Positions 47,278-57,568 of a DNA stretch of 64,000 nucleotides are shown in pieces. The stretch comes from a virus. Below the pieces are notes generated by a model. It made no database searches and was not told where the DNA came from. It saw only the letters and a program-made list of their open reading frames with translations. The translations under genes and the position numbers were made by a program. Positions within the stretch are counted from its first letter, which is position 1. Each line of letters begins with the position of its first letter. The stretch spans positions 32,001 to 96,000 of the IMG/VR virus record IMGVR_UViG_3300015024_000001; one strand, given 5' to 3'.

Positions 47278-48399
47278 ATGTTAAAGTTACAAGAAAAGAT
47301 AAAACTGCTACCGTTCTCGAAGGTGCAGTGTTGGTTCGCCCAGTCGAAGTTCGTATTATGGGAAACCTATGCAGAAGTCATGTATCAGGCTTGGCTTGCA
47401 GGTCGTAATTTGGTCGTCTACGGTAAAGGTGGTTTCGGTAAGTCAGAAATGACCTACCACTTCCTTGCTCTACTAGCAGACACTATTCCTGACTTTAGCA
47501 GTGACCTATTAGATTGTGGTGGAGCTGATTCCACGAAGATCTGGGCAGGTATTAAAGGTGCTGAATTGCCTAACTTCATCTACAATGTTGAATCTAGCTG
47601 GTTGGCAAGCCGCTATGTAGTGTTTGAGGAACTCTTTGACGCGCAACTCTCTGCGTTAGTCGAGATGAAACAAACCTTGACTTCAGGGGAATTTCGTACA
47701 CCACTACAAAGATATGTCTCAAAATATGAGTGGCTTATCTGCCTGACCAACAAAAGCAAAGCAGAAGTTCTTGATAGTGTATCGGAAGAGTCACGCAACA
47801 CAGTAGATGCTTTACTCCAGCGTTTTCCACTAGCTTACCAGCTAGAATGGACTTCAGAGCAGTTAAGAGATTCCGCTACTTGGTATGAACTATTCGCCAA
47901 AACAAAACCACATCTTACAGCAAATGTGCGTGACCTATACGCAGGTGCAATGGCACAAGCACACAAGCAAAAGAAAGCCAACCATGACTATATGAGTCCT
48001 CGGTCAGCATTACATCTACTTAGCACAACTGAAGCTTGGGCTGCAAGCACCAACAAACCTCTCACACTCAGCCATTTTATTTCTACGTCTTGGGCTTATC
48101 CTGAGCCTGTAGCAACTTACTTTAAGGATCAAGAGTTTATGTGGCTTGACCCTGAACCAGAACCTGAGCCAGTAGCAGAGGTTTTGGATATTGACTCCAT
48201 GATCGAATGTCTTGCAGAGTTAGGTACTGATGAACTACCGTTGTACAAGATGCAGCAACTTGACTTGCATGTCAAGAAGTTGGTCTATGCTTACGAAGAC
48301 AGCGACCCTGCTGCTGTAGCTTGTTTGCAATCAATGTTTGGCAAACGTCTATGTAAATGGCAAATTGTAACAGATACTCAATTTGTGGAGGCTGCATAA
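47278..48399 (+). CDS. MoxR/RavA-like AAA+ ATPase
   Basis: GKGGFGKS Walker A, VVFEELFD Walker B, CLTN sensor, ALLQRF arginine finger, SPR. Confidence 0.85.
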   Translation: MLKLQEKIKLLPFSKVQCWFAQSKFVLWETYAEVMYQAWLAGRNLVVYGKGGFGKSEMTYHFLALLADTIPDFSSDLLDCGGADSTKIWAGIKGAELPNFIYNVESSWLASRYVVFEELFDAQLSALVEMKQTLTSGEFRTPLQRYVSKYEWLICLTNKSKAEVLDSVSEESRNTVDALLQRFPLAYQLEWTSEQLRDSATWYELFAKTKPHLTANVRDLYAGAMAQAHKQKKANHDYMSPRSALHLLSTTEAWAASTNKPLTLSHFISTSWAYPEPVATYFKDQEFMWLDPEPEPEPVAEVLDIDSMIECLAELGTDELPLYKMQQLDLHVKKLVYAYEDSDPAAVACLQSMFGKRLCKWQIVTDTQFVEAA

Positions 48400-48402
48400 A
48401 TC

Positions 48403-49659
48403 ATGACACATAGAACATACGCATCACGTCCTATCACAATACCTACTACCGAAATTGCAACCAAATGCTCCCGCTTTGTTATGGACTACACAGTGGTTGA
48501 AGATTTCTACAATGTAGTACTCGGCAAAGGTAAATTCCATACAGGAGAAGACCTTAGAAAGAAAGTAGCTGAATCTTTAGCAGCAAGTGGTAGTTGGCGT
48601 TATGAGTCTTATCCTGCCGAGACCATCAAACAGCAACTTTTATATGACACTGCTGTTCATAATTTCGTGATTGATTGTGTAAAGCGTAACTTCATTACGT
48701 CTGCCACAATCGAAGCTGACATCTGTAAAATGAATGAAGCCTTTAGTGCAGGTTTCAAAGATTTTGATTCTCATACTAATACGGCGTGTGAAATAAGTGT
48801 TGACAATCGCTACTCTGTGCCAGATTTTAGTACAGTAGTTGGCAATGGTGTTTCCAGCGCTAGCAACTTTCTTTCTACGGTCTGCAAGAAAGATTGCATT
48901 GATGATATCCGTTTGTTCTCACCTGCTATACAGAAAGAACTACAAACTATACAAGACATAGCCTGTAACGTCAAAGCTGCATTAGCTTATAACAACGGTA
49001 CAGCAAAACGGGACACTAACACGAAAACAGATTTTGCAGTACAGAGAAGTAATAAATCACTGCAAGAAGCTAAATTCTTATCTCGTAGCGAGTATGTTTA
49101 TGACACCAATACACGGCTTGCTAGACTAGTAGCCAATCAAGCACAGGTTCTTACACCGCAGAAAAAAGTACGCAAGAAATTCGCTCGTTTCTTGTTGTTA
49201 GACTGTTCGGGTAGTATGACTTACTATGCAAGATACAATGTGGCAGCAGCTATACTGTTGGATTCTATAGAGTCTGTAGTCACAAACGGTGATATCCTGC
49301 ACATGGCTTTCTTTGGTGAAGACTTCTTCTACAAAGGTGTTGTAACTAAAGATAACGCCCATGACCTCTTGCTACAAGTGTGTAACAGAAAGAATTACAC
49401 TAAAGGGACAGATTATGGTGCTGTAGTTCAGACAGCTTGGCAGATCTTACAGGGATCACCCGACCGCCAACAGCTTGAAATCATACTACTATCTGATGGC
49501 AAGATTGATGCTTTTAAACCATTGTGTATACAGCAGGAGGGTGTTGTACACTTCGTAGATTTGTCTAACGGTGACCAAATAGACTCTTCTATCGCTCGCA
49601 TGGTTCGAGAACATAATGGCACAATTACTACTTTAAACTCTCGGCGTTTAGTACCATAA
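48403..49659 (+). CDS. VWA (MIDAS) domain protein, ViaA/CoxE-like partner
   Basis: LLLDCSGSM, GTD, ILLSDG; adjacent to the MoxR ATPase. Confidence 0.85.
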   Translation: MTHRTYASRPITIPTTEIATKCSRFVMDYTVVEDFYNVVLGKGKFHTGEDLRKKVAESLAASGSWRYESYPAETIKQQLLYDTAVHNFVIDCVKRNFITSATIEADICKMNEAFSAGFKDFDSHTNTACEISVDNRYSVPDFSTVVGNGVSSASNFLSTVCKKDCIDDIRLFSPAIQKELQTIQDIACNVKAALAYNNGTAKRDTNTKTDFAVQRSNKSLQEAKFLSRSEYVYDTNTRLARLVANQAQVLTPQKKVRKKFARFLLLDCSGSMTYYARYNVAAAILLDSIESVVTNGDILHMAFFGEDFFYKGVVTKDNAHDLLLQVCNRKNYTKGTDYGAVVQTAWQILQGSPDRQQLEIILLSDGKIDAFKPLCIQQEGVVHFVDLSNGDQIDSSIARMVREHNGTITTLNSRRLVP

Positions 49660-49717
49660 CCACCTGATGAGTCTACCTTGCAGTGGTAGCCGAAACCTTG
49701 CTTATGCAGGGTCGTGG
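49660..49717 (+). ncRNA. hammerhead ribozyme, type I
   Basis: CCAC, CUGAUGA, stem II G.CUACC/GGUAG.C, GAAA, stem III CCUUGC-UUAU-GCAGGG, UC, GUGG; GUC cleavage after 49713. Confidence 0.88.
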
Positions 49718-50173
49718 GCAACTGTTACTCCCCACATAACAACAAATCTGGTTTTATTGTAGGATGGAATGATACTGCCTTTTGTATCAACACTTGCCGT
49801 AGAAAAGAACAACCTTATAAACTAGGAGTAAAAGCGGCTCTAATGTTTTATAGTAGCACAGGTAAGAGACTATTCTCTTTAAGTATGACCTAATAGCTGT
49901 ATATCGCGTTCTGAGACTTGCTAGCATATTTTGGCTTACATACTAGCTTTTTATATATAACGAGTCTTAAAGCGCGTTTAAAGGTATGTTTCTTTTTGTT
50001 TACTTGTTAAAAGTAAAACGCTATTACTTGCTTTGTAGCAAAGCTACAAGCTAAGTCGTATCTCTATCAGAAGAAAAAAATAATCTCTTGACTCCACAGA
50101 GAAGCTAAATAAAAGGAGCCGTCTCTACACCTAGTAGAGCGTGGTGGTACAATAACCCACCGTAGGACATAAT

Positions 50174-50380
50174 ATGCTACAAGCAATTCAAGTTCATTAC
50201 AGACCACACACAAAAACTGCCAGAGCATTTTGTTTTTCTGGTAGTATTATACTACCAGTAGAGGATTTTGAGACAGATGCGCTCAATGTAGCTGAAGCAC
50301 TTCAAGCTAAGATGCAGTGGGAGGAGTATTCTTTAATAGGTGGTCGTCTACCTAATGGTGATTTCGTATTTGTACAATAA
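50174..50380 (+). CDS. hypothetical protein
   Basis: AGGAC RBS; MQAI...Y.P..T...GG.LPNGD.VF pattern. Confidence 0.65.
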   Translation: MLQAIQVHYRPHTKTARAFCFSGSIILPVEDFETDALNVAEALQAKMQWEEYSLIGGRLPNGDFVFVQ

Positions 50381-50511
50381 CACAACTTTTCAAATCTTCC
50401 AACTCATAAAAGCAGGTAACAATGGAAGACAGGCTTACAAAGAAGGTAAGCTTCTACATGACAATTCTTTTGATCTTGTGGAGAAGGAGCTTGAAACACA
50501 GTGGTAAAATT

Positions 50512-50943
50512 ATGAGTAGCTCTGGTAGACAAACAGTTTGGTCGCGGCGTGTTCGTAGACGTGATAATCATACTTGCAATATCTGTTTAAGTACAGAAAA
50601 TCTAACTGCACATCATCTTAACTCTGCTGACATTAGACACAGATGGTCGTTAGACAACGGTATCACACTCTGCTTTACATGTCACCAGCGATTTCATAAA
50701 TCACACTAGTGTATAACTAAAAATCAACGCAAACCCTGCACAGCAAATGATTATGTGCGGTACAAGGAGAAAACAATCGCTAAGTACTGCCGTAATCAAG
50801 GCAGAAAAGCATTTCACGCTGGATTAACCAGATGTGATAATCCCTATACAACTACAGAACATTATCTGTGGTGGGATCGAGCTTTTAGATATGAGCAACA
50901 GCAAACTACACCTTCTTTCTATGGTCTTGAGTATGGTAGTTGA
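50512..50943 (+). pseudogene. HNH endonuclease with Rmf-like C-terminus, split by in-frame TAG at 50707-50709
   Basis: VRRRDNHTCNIC..AHH..DNGITLC..CH..FH; frame continues past TAG into KPCTANDY and GRKAFHAG..CDNPY..WW. Confidence 0.55.
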
Positions 50944-51110
50944 AATACTTTCACCCCTCTACTATGGGATAATCCACAAATACAAGTTGTCATCTAAGCA
51001 GCTTGTGTTGTATCAAGACATTGTGCAAGATCAACCTTTATCTTCTAAGGTTATCCACAAGCTACTTGCTAATGGTATTCTAACAAATCAAATCAAATCA
51101 AGGAACTATA

Positions 51111-51482
51111 ATGCTATCTACTAATTTTTTCCAAGTTGTCATCGCCCCTAACCGTAACTACGCAACTATTGAAAACATCCCTGATGCTTATATATATCTG
51201 CCACATCCATTTTCTGAGTATGAAGTTAAGTTGTTGAAAGACTTTTTTACTAACCACTACCCTTGTTTTACATTACATATTACAGGAGAGTATTTTAAAA
51301 CTGCTAATGCAGAATACCCAGAACCAGCACGACAGTTTGTAGATAGTTGCAAATATAGACTAGAGATGAAATCTATAACCTGCAATAATCCAAAAGCTCT
51401 TGAACAACAAATCATTTCTTGTATGGAGATGGAAATCACTGTAGAAGATGAAATTGCAAACATCTGCATACCACGTTTTTGA
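51111..51482 (+). CDS. hypothetical protein
   Basis: ORF with AAGGAA RBS. Confidence 0.55.
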   Translation: MLSTNFFQVVIAPNRNYATIENIPDAYIYLPHPFSEYEVKLLKDFFTNHYPCFTLHITGEYFKTANAEYPEPARQFVDSCKYRLEMKSITCNNPKALEQQIISCMEMEITVEDEIANICIPRF

Positions 51483-51699
51483 TCTTTCCCTACGGTGCAT
51501 TACTACAACTGTGCATCGTGAGGAGTGATCAAAGTATATAATCACCCACAACAAATAAATGAACACACAAGAGCTACAGTCTATTATTGGCGAACACAAT
51601 AATATCCAACGTTGGAAAGAGAAGTATTTAACTGAGTGTCTTTCTCGCAGTCTAGAGTTTAAACGCTACTATTAAGCTGTAAAACACCAACAGCATATA

Positions 51700-51927
51700 A
51701 TGGAGTTACTTTCTGATTCTCTGTCAATACCACCACTGACCATAGAAGAGAAAGTGGCTAACGCTTTCTTCTACGTTGACTCTAATGGTAGATACGAAAT
51801 TACTTCTTACGATCTTGATGGGAAATACTTCTTTTTTGTAGATTCTGCAAACAACGATGTAGAGTACAACCTCAACTTCCACGAAATCCCTGCTGATGCT
51901 TATTTCTTAGGAGTTACAAAACTATGA
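51700..51927 (+). CDS. hypothetical protein
   Basis: ORF in a run of small early genes. Confidence 0.5.
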   Translation: MELLSDSLSIPPLTIEEKVANAFFYVDSNGRYEITSYDLDGKYFFFVDSANNDVEYNLNFHEIPADAYFLGVTKL

Positions 51928-52106
51928 TTGACGATAGATTCTCACTTGTTCCACATCCTGATTTTAAAAATTTATTCTTTCTACAGTTCACTGTTGTTTT
52001 ACCACAAGAAAAATATTTTACTACACAGACTGGTAAGATTCAGGATGAGTGTAAACGGCAGTATCCTGCTGAACTGTCAACAATCACACCGTATAAGTAT
52101 GTCTAA
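51924..52106 (+). CDS. hypothetical protein
   Basis: ATGA overlap with the previous gene. Confidence 0.5.
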   Translation: MIDDRFSLVPHPDFKNLFFLQFTVVLPQEKYFTTQTGKIQDECKRQYPAELSTITPYKYV

Positions 52107-52217
52107 CTTTCTTCTGTCCTTTACTCAAGAACAACGTACTCTTACTATATTTCTACTTGAACTTTCCATTATCTACATTGTTATTTACTACGTCAAATCT
52201 TTGGACAATATAAAACT

Positions 52218-52541
52218 ATGAAACTCATTAACGGTCATCGCTACATTATAACAGAAACACAGAATACCTTTACTTTTGTTTTGTGCAACAGGAAGGGTAC
52301 TCGACTACTTTGGCACTCTTGTAGTAAGAATTGCAAAGATGCGGGAGAAGTTAGCTTTTGGAGGAAGGTTGTGATTCTGTATGAGCAGTTTGAGATTAAA
52401 CGTAGCACACTTCTGAACCGTAATCTTAACTCCCTGTTTGCAGAAATAGATACTGTGGAGATCCAAGTGGCAGCTATATACACACAAGCTGGCAATACTG
52501 ATTTTTTAACGAAAATTGATCGAGTTGTATTAGCATTGTAA
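52218..52541 (+). CDS. hypothetical protein
   Basis: ORF followed by a terminator. Confidence 0.55.
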   Translation: MKLINGHRYIITETQNTFTFVLCNRKGTRLLWHSCSKNCKDAGEVSFWRKVVILYEQFEIKRSTLLNRNLNSLFAEIDTVEIQVAAIYTQAGNTDFLTKIDRVVLAL

Positions 52542-52547
52542 TTTTCT

Positions 52548-52588
52548 AAAAGAAGCGCTCTATATCCTTTATACAGAGCGCTTCTTTT
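52548..52588 (+). terminator. bidirectional-type terminator
   Basis: AAAAGAAGCGCTCT..AGAGCGCTTCTTTT. Confidence 0.8.
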
Positions 52589-52707
52589 ATGGTTTAAAAC
52601 CCGATCAAAAACTGACATATATAATAGATATAAAATTATACTAGCAAGCCTTGAAACCCATATAAATCGTTAGCTAAAATCCATATATTACGAAATGTAA
52701 CATTAGA

Positions 52708-52736
52708 TTGCCATTTCCTAGCTATCAGGATATATT
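52708..52736 (+). promoter_or_regulatory. sigma70-type promoter
   Basis: TTGCCA-N17-TATATT just after a terminator. Confidence 0.6.
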
Positions 52737-52970
52737 AAGTACATCGAAACAAAGCAAAGCGAAACAAACACAAAGCAAAGCCTAATCGAGACTAAGTTGT
52801 AGTTATCAAGACACTGGTAGCATTATTACAATAACCTAGCTGAGTAACATTTACTTAGCGCTGTAAACCAACTGTAGGATTAAGTTCCTTACAACCGTGC
52901 CAAAGTCGGTAACTTACTATATCCAAAGTAAGGATGGTGGTAGTCCAGCAAAATAAATCTGTATGATACC

Positions 52971-53333
52971 ATGCGCTGTTTCCGCTTAACACGACACGAA
53001 GCTACACCTGAACAAATCAAAGCACTCTGTACTATCTATCATGATCTCACACCAGAGAACATCGTAACTAACAATATAATAATAACAACTAATATTAAAG
53101 AAGCTGTTACCATGTTTGATGACCTTGTTGGTGATACAGAGTTGGTAGAGGTTGTATTACCAACTAACTTGTTAGAAGCAGTTCTCAAGTTCTCACAGTG
53201 GGCTAAGTTGCCATCATCTTCTCTTCTACGTTCTGTGATGAATCGCACAACAAATACTTCGGGTGAAGTAGAGTTTGTGTTTAGTCACTATGAACGGATT
53301 TTGAAAGTAGAGATTGTCACTGAAAAACTATAG
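52971..53333 (+). CDS. hypothetical protein, Csx16/Csx15-like Rossmannoid candidate
   Basis: LTRHEATPEQ and GD....VVLPTNLLEA motifs. Confidence 0.45.
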   Translation: MRCFRLTRHEATPEQIKALCTIYHDLTPENIVTNNIIITTNIKEAVTMFDDLVGDTELVEVVLPTNLLEAVLKFSQWAKLPSSSLLRSVMNRTTNTSGEVEFVFSHYERILKVEIVTEKL

Positions 53334-53539
53334 TTATTTGTAGTCACACCGATGGCACAATTAATCCGAATAGCTAACTACCGTTCATTCGTTCATCGTT
53401 TAAGTTCTGTGAAACAGAAACGACTTACTCATTCACTTTCGTATCGTTATTTTGACATATAAAAAGTCAAAAGTCAATAGAAAATAACCAAATAAAGGTA
53501 CGGATAACCGTACAACCATCTAAACAACAGGACAAAATC

Positions 53540-54250
53540 ATGAAACTTTCATATGCAGACAAACGAAAAATTTCTCAACCTATACAAATCACTTTAACTC
53601 ACGATAAAACAGGTAAGATTGACTACTTCTTAGAGTCATCTATCGAGAAAGACGATGCTGACAATACTACTCATTACACACTTTCGTTCTTTGGCACTAC
53701 ATACGTTAAGGCTAAAGCTAAGGAAAAGCAAGTTGTAGAAGTTCACGAACTCAACGGTCGTAAGTCTGTCTTGGAGACAGGTAATTACGCTACGGAAAAG
53801 CTTGTGAAAAAGCTGTTACTAACAGCAAGTTTTGCAGTTGACATGACAAACGATATCTACGTTGTTAAAACAGAGGAGTGGACAGAAGACAGTGAAAGGA
53901 ACATCACTAACAAGAAAGGAGATACGGTTTCTGTAGATACACTGATTTACGAAGAAGTCTACGATGACTTCAAGATTCGTACACACCAAGATGTGTTTTC
54001 TGCATTAATCGAACTTAATGCTAAATCAATCTACAAGAACCCAACCATTTCTTTGCTTCTCAGATTTATTGAATTTGGTGCTTCTAACTACACTTCAGTA
54101 CTCTTGGAGTGGTATGAAGAGCAGTTCATCAATCCTAAAAACAAGTATCATACAGAGTTCGGTAGTGCTTTTAGCTTAGAGTATAACGAACTCAAGGCAA
54201 AAGAAGAGCTACCTGATGTTGTGTTTGATGAACCTGAAATCTCTAACTAA
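53540..54250 (+). CDS. hypothetical protein
   Basis: AGGACAAA RBS; 236-aa ORF. Confidence 0.7.
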   Translation: MKLSYADKRKISQPIQITLTHDKTGKIDYFLESSIEKDDADNTTHYTLSFFGTTYVKAKAKEKQVVEVHELNGRKSVLETGNYATEKLVKKLLLTASFAVDMTNDIYVVKTEEWTEDSERNITNKKGDTVSVDTLIYEEVYDDFKIRTHQDVFSALIELNAKSIYKNPTISLLLRFIEFGASNYTSVLLEWYEEQFINPKNKYHTEFGSAFSLEYNELKAKEELPDVVFDEPEISN

Positions 54251-54348
54251 CTTCCTAGCTGTGTAGTGTTATATTGCACAGCTAAGAGTTTAGTCAACTC
54301 TACATTAACTTGTCTTAGGTTTGTTTTTGTCCTGATCTTCGTGAAGGT

Positions 54349-56535
54349 TTGACCACCTTCATTTTTACCTCTAACACTGAGTTAATCATGCTTTCACTAC
54401 CAACTATTGACACATCCAACTCTAAATTCAAAGCTGCTCTTTATACAGCTTTTGAAGATACTGTTTATGCAGAGACTTACACAGCATTTAAAGCATTTGT
54501 TGTGAAGAGTACAAAGTTTCCAATCTCTATAGCGAATAATGAACAAGCGTTACAAGCATGGAAAGAGTTTGTAACTACACAGACAATGCAACTAGCTGTT
54601 ATTGTTGATACCGTAGAAGAGAAGGTGGCTGTTGCTATTGTTGTACCTACAATTATTATCGATGGTGTTGAAGTTCAACTCGTACACAATTTGATTTTCA
54701 ACGGTGCTAATATGCGTGATGTTAAGCGTAAGCTTGCAGATCGTATTGACAGAGAGGGCTACACAAATTGGTTAGACGAACAACCTATACAGAAGTGGCT
54801 TGGTAGTGTAAAAGAAGCATTTGAATCAGAACATACACTGCAACCAATACCACTTGACCAACCTTTGTTTATCAACATCGAGTGGTTGCCTGCTGTTACA
54901 TATGAACCTGTAACAACTACAAACATCAGAAAAGACGGTGTTATCAAAACATATCAGGAAACTAAGAGTGTAGTAAATGGTAAGAAAGCTACACTGTTAT
55001 CTGATGGTGAACTAGCTAAAAATGCGACTGAAAAAGAGTCTATATATAACCAAGAATTTTTCTATACACCTTATGTAGAGGAACGTACAGATGGCACTGT
55101 GACTGAACAAGGATTTGAACGCCCTGTAGTTTACTTAAGCATGAGGAAGGGTACTGTAGAGCAACCCAATCATCTTTGGTCTACTTGTTTGATACAGTCG
55201 TTGGATCGCAAGATTACATATTTTAGTTGGACTAAAAAGAAGTCTCAAGCTAACACACCACAGAGGGAAAAACACCACAAAATCAGGACTGGTTTTGAAG
55301 ATTTTCAGGCGCAGATGTTAAATGGTGGTTACAGTGACATTTTCTCTGTTCTACTATACAAATACAATCCTGACGGTACTGTAGTTACTAACTGTGTAGG
55401 TGGTAAGCCTATCGTTCAACGAGTTATATGTAGGTTTCGTATAGCGGCACATCATCTCACAAAAGATGGAATGCAGTCCACTGACACAGGTTTATCGCAT
55501 GTTGACACTTATGATCAAAAGAATGGTGCAGTTGATAAAAGCAACCGCGTTTGGTTAGACTTACGCGGTGCAGATGGCACTTGGTCTGTAGCTGACTCTA
55601 TTACAATTGGTAAAGGACATTTCGCAGGAGTCAATGCTGAGTATGACTACAAAGACTTTGACTCCCGTGTAAGTCGTGAGAAAACAGATACTCGGCATCT
55701 TGGAAAGCATATTTTAGCGTTGTTAAAGGATAACAGTCCTACAACAGAGAATGATATCCGTGAAGCCTGTTCTGAGTTCCAACATGCTGACCTGCGTTTT
55801 ACCAATGACGTTCTCTTCTACGTTCGTGTTTTGCAACTACCAGCAAGAGACGATAAAGAAAATATTATAAGAGGTGTCTATACAACAGTAGAAGAAGAAT
55901 ACCCAATCTTCAAACGATATATCAAGACACACACTGTAGTGTCTATGTTACAAGAAAACCATAGTGTAGAACATTACTTCTATGAATGGGAATCCGTTTG
56001 CAAACAAGGGGAGAAATGGTTACAGAAAAATGTTACGGAGTGGTTAGTGCTAGATAGACCTGTAGAAAAGAAAACCTACAAAAAGAAAAAGGTTGATTCA
56101 TACTGTATGAACCGCAAACTACCTTTTATGGCTAAACAGACTGTAAGATGGGGTTCACCTGTTTTCACAGACACATCAAACAAACAAGCAGTGACAAAAG
56201 ATATTATAGAGGAGCAGTTGAAGGGTATTGTATTAGGTGTATTAGGTGACCTAGACCCTAAGGTTTGGTTTTCTCTCAAGTCTAAACTTGTACGCTTTGT
56301 AGCAGAACAAAAGAATCCTAAGTGGGCTATTCTTTCTGATGAAGACCGTAGAGAATACTTGAATATCCTTGCACCTACAATTAAGGTCAAAACGCCTGAT
56401 GACCTATTCAACCCAGCAGCTTTTGGTTTACAAGGTAGTGGTGATACACCACCGTCTGATATTTGGTTTCATTTGCTAGAACAGTTCTACAAAGCATTTG
56501 GTATTGGTTTAACTTACACACATTATCAAGCATAA
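54349..56535 (+). CDS. large hypothetical protein (likely start MLSLP at 54388)
   Basis: 728-aa ORF with no recognised motif. Confidence 0.75.
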   Translation: MTTFIFTSNTELIMLSLPTIDTSNSKFKAALYTAFEDTVYAETYTAFKAFVVKSTKFPISIANNEQALQAWKEFVTTQTMQLAVIVDTVEEKVAVAIVVPTIIIDGVEVQLVHNLIFNGANMRDVKRKLADRIDREGYTNWLDEQPIQKWLGSVKEAFESEHTLQPIPLDQPLFINIEWLPAVTYEPVTTTNIRKDGVIKTYQETKSVVNGKKATLLSDGELAKNATEKESIYNQEFFYTPYVEERTDGTVTEQGFERPVVYLSMRKGTVEQPNHLWSTCLIQSLDRKITYFSWTKKKSQANTPQREKHHKIRTGFEDFQAQMLNGGYSDIFSVLLYKYNPDGTVVTNCVGGKPIVQRVICRFRIAAHHLTKDGMQSTDTGLSHVDTYDQKNGAVDKSNRVWLDLRGADGTWSVADSITIGKGHFAGVNAEYDYKDFDSRVSREKTDTRHLGKHILALLKDNSPTTENDIREACSEFQHADLRFTNDVLFYVRVLQLPARDDKENIIRGVYTTVEEEYPIFKRYIKTHTVVSMLQENHSVEHYFYEWESVCKQGEKWLQKNVTEWLVLDRPVEKKTYKKKKVDSYCMNRKLPFMAKQTVRWGSPVFTDTSNKQAVTKDIIEEQLKGIVLGVLGDLDPKVWFSLKSKLVRFVAEQKNPKWAILSDEDRREYLNILAPTIKVKTPDDLFNPAAFGLQGSGDTPPSDIWFHLLEQFYKAFGIGLTYTHYQA

Positions 56536-56541
56536 TAACAC

Positions 56542-56569
56542 AAAACAGGGTTGTCAGCCCTGTTTTTTT
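56542..56569 (+). terminator. rho-independent terminator
   Basis: AAAACAGGG..CCCTGTTTT plus T-run. Confidence 0.85.
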
Positions 56570-56776
56570 CGTATAATTAGTAGGTACATTATGTCTATTC
56601 AACATACTATTCTTTTTGCAATTACATATGCAGTTTTCTTTTCTAGTCTTATTACGTTCCTTTGTATTGGTATACAGAGATCATTAGAAAGATCACAAGT
56701 TAGCTTAATTTTGTGTGGTCTTACTTTTATATGTATGGTAATTTCTTTATTTACTCCTTAATTTTTTATAAAACTA

Positions 56777-57504
56777 TGACATATTCTAACAACAAAGCTA
56801 CAGACACTAGCAACTTTCTATACACACTTGAAAAAGGTGGTATAGAGAGGCAACAAGCACAGCAGCAGCAAGTATTGACTAACAACTGTGACCTACCAGT
56901 CGAATGTGATGATTGGGCTAAATTAGAATCGTGGGGTATTACTAGAGGTGAACAAACAGATTCTTTATTTGTATTCTGTGTACTACCTGAAGGTTGGACT
57001 AAAAAAGCTACTGACCATTCAATGTGGTCAAGCTTAGTAGATAGTCAAGGTCTACTTCGTGCATCTATATTTTACAAAGGTGCATTTTATGACCGTAAAG
57101 CCCACACTTATGTAGTAACTAAACGCTACTATACTTCGCAGAATCATGACATTAAAGAAGGTGAAGCTTATCAAATTCGTGACTCCGCTACAGATACTAC
57201 TGTGCGACAGTACCCTGCTGGATATTGGGGTTTCATGAAACAAAATAGGTATTTTTTAGGTATTTTGGTAGAAGAAGAAACTTTTGTTGGTTTAATATAC
57301 AACGGTTTATTTCACTACAAACCTAAAACTCGTTTTTCCATGATTTGTGACGCTATACTAGCAACACAGATTAGTGTTGCCACTTTTTATAAAGATTTTC
57401 ATCGCATAGCACCTTGTTACGATGCTATCAGAGCTGCTGAATTTCTAGCAAGAGAGGAAGCTGTAGTCGAAGCTGATAGAATGAATAAAGAGTCAAATTG
57501 GTAA
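56777..57504 (+). CDS. conserved phage hypothetical protein
   Basis: D.LF....LPEGW.K.ATDHSMWS.LVD..G..RASIFYK.AFYDR.A; likely start MTYSN at 56777. Confidence 0.7.
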
Positions 57505-57568
57505 CTGTGCAATAATTATAAATTTTAACACTAGCTTACTACTAGTGTTTTTTTATTGGGACAAAACT

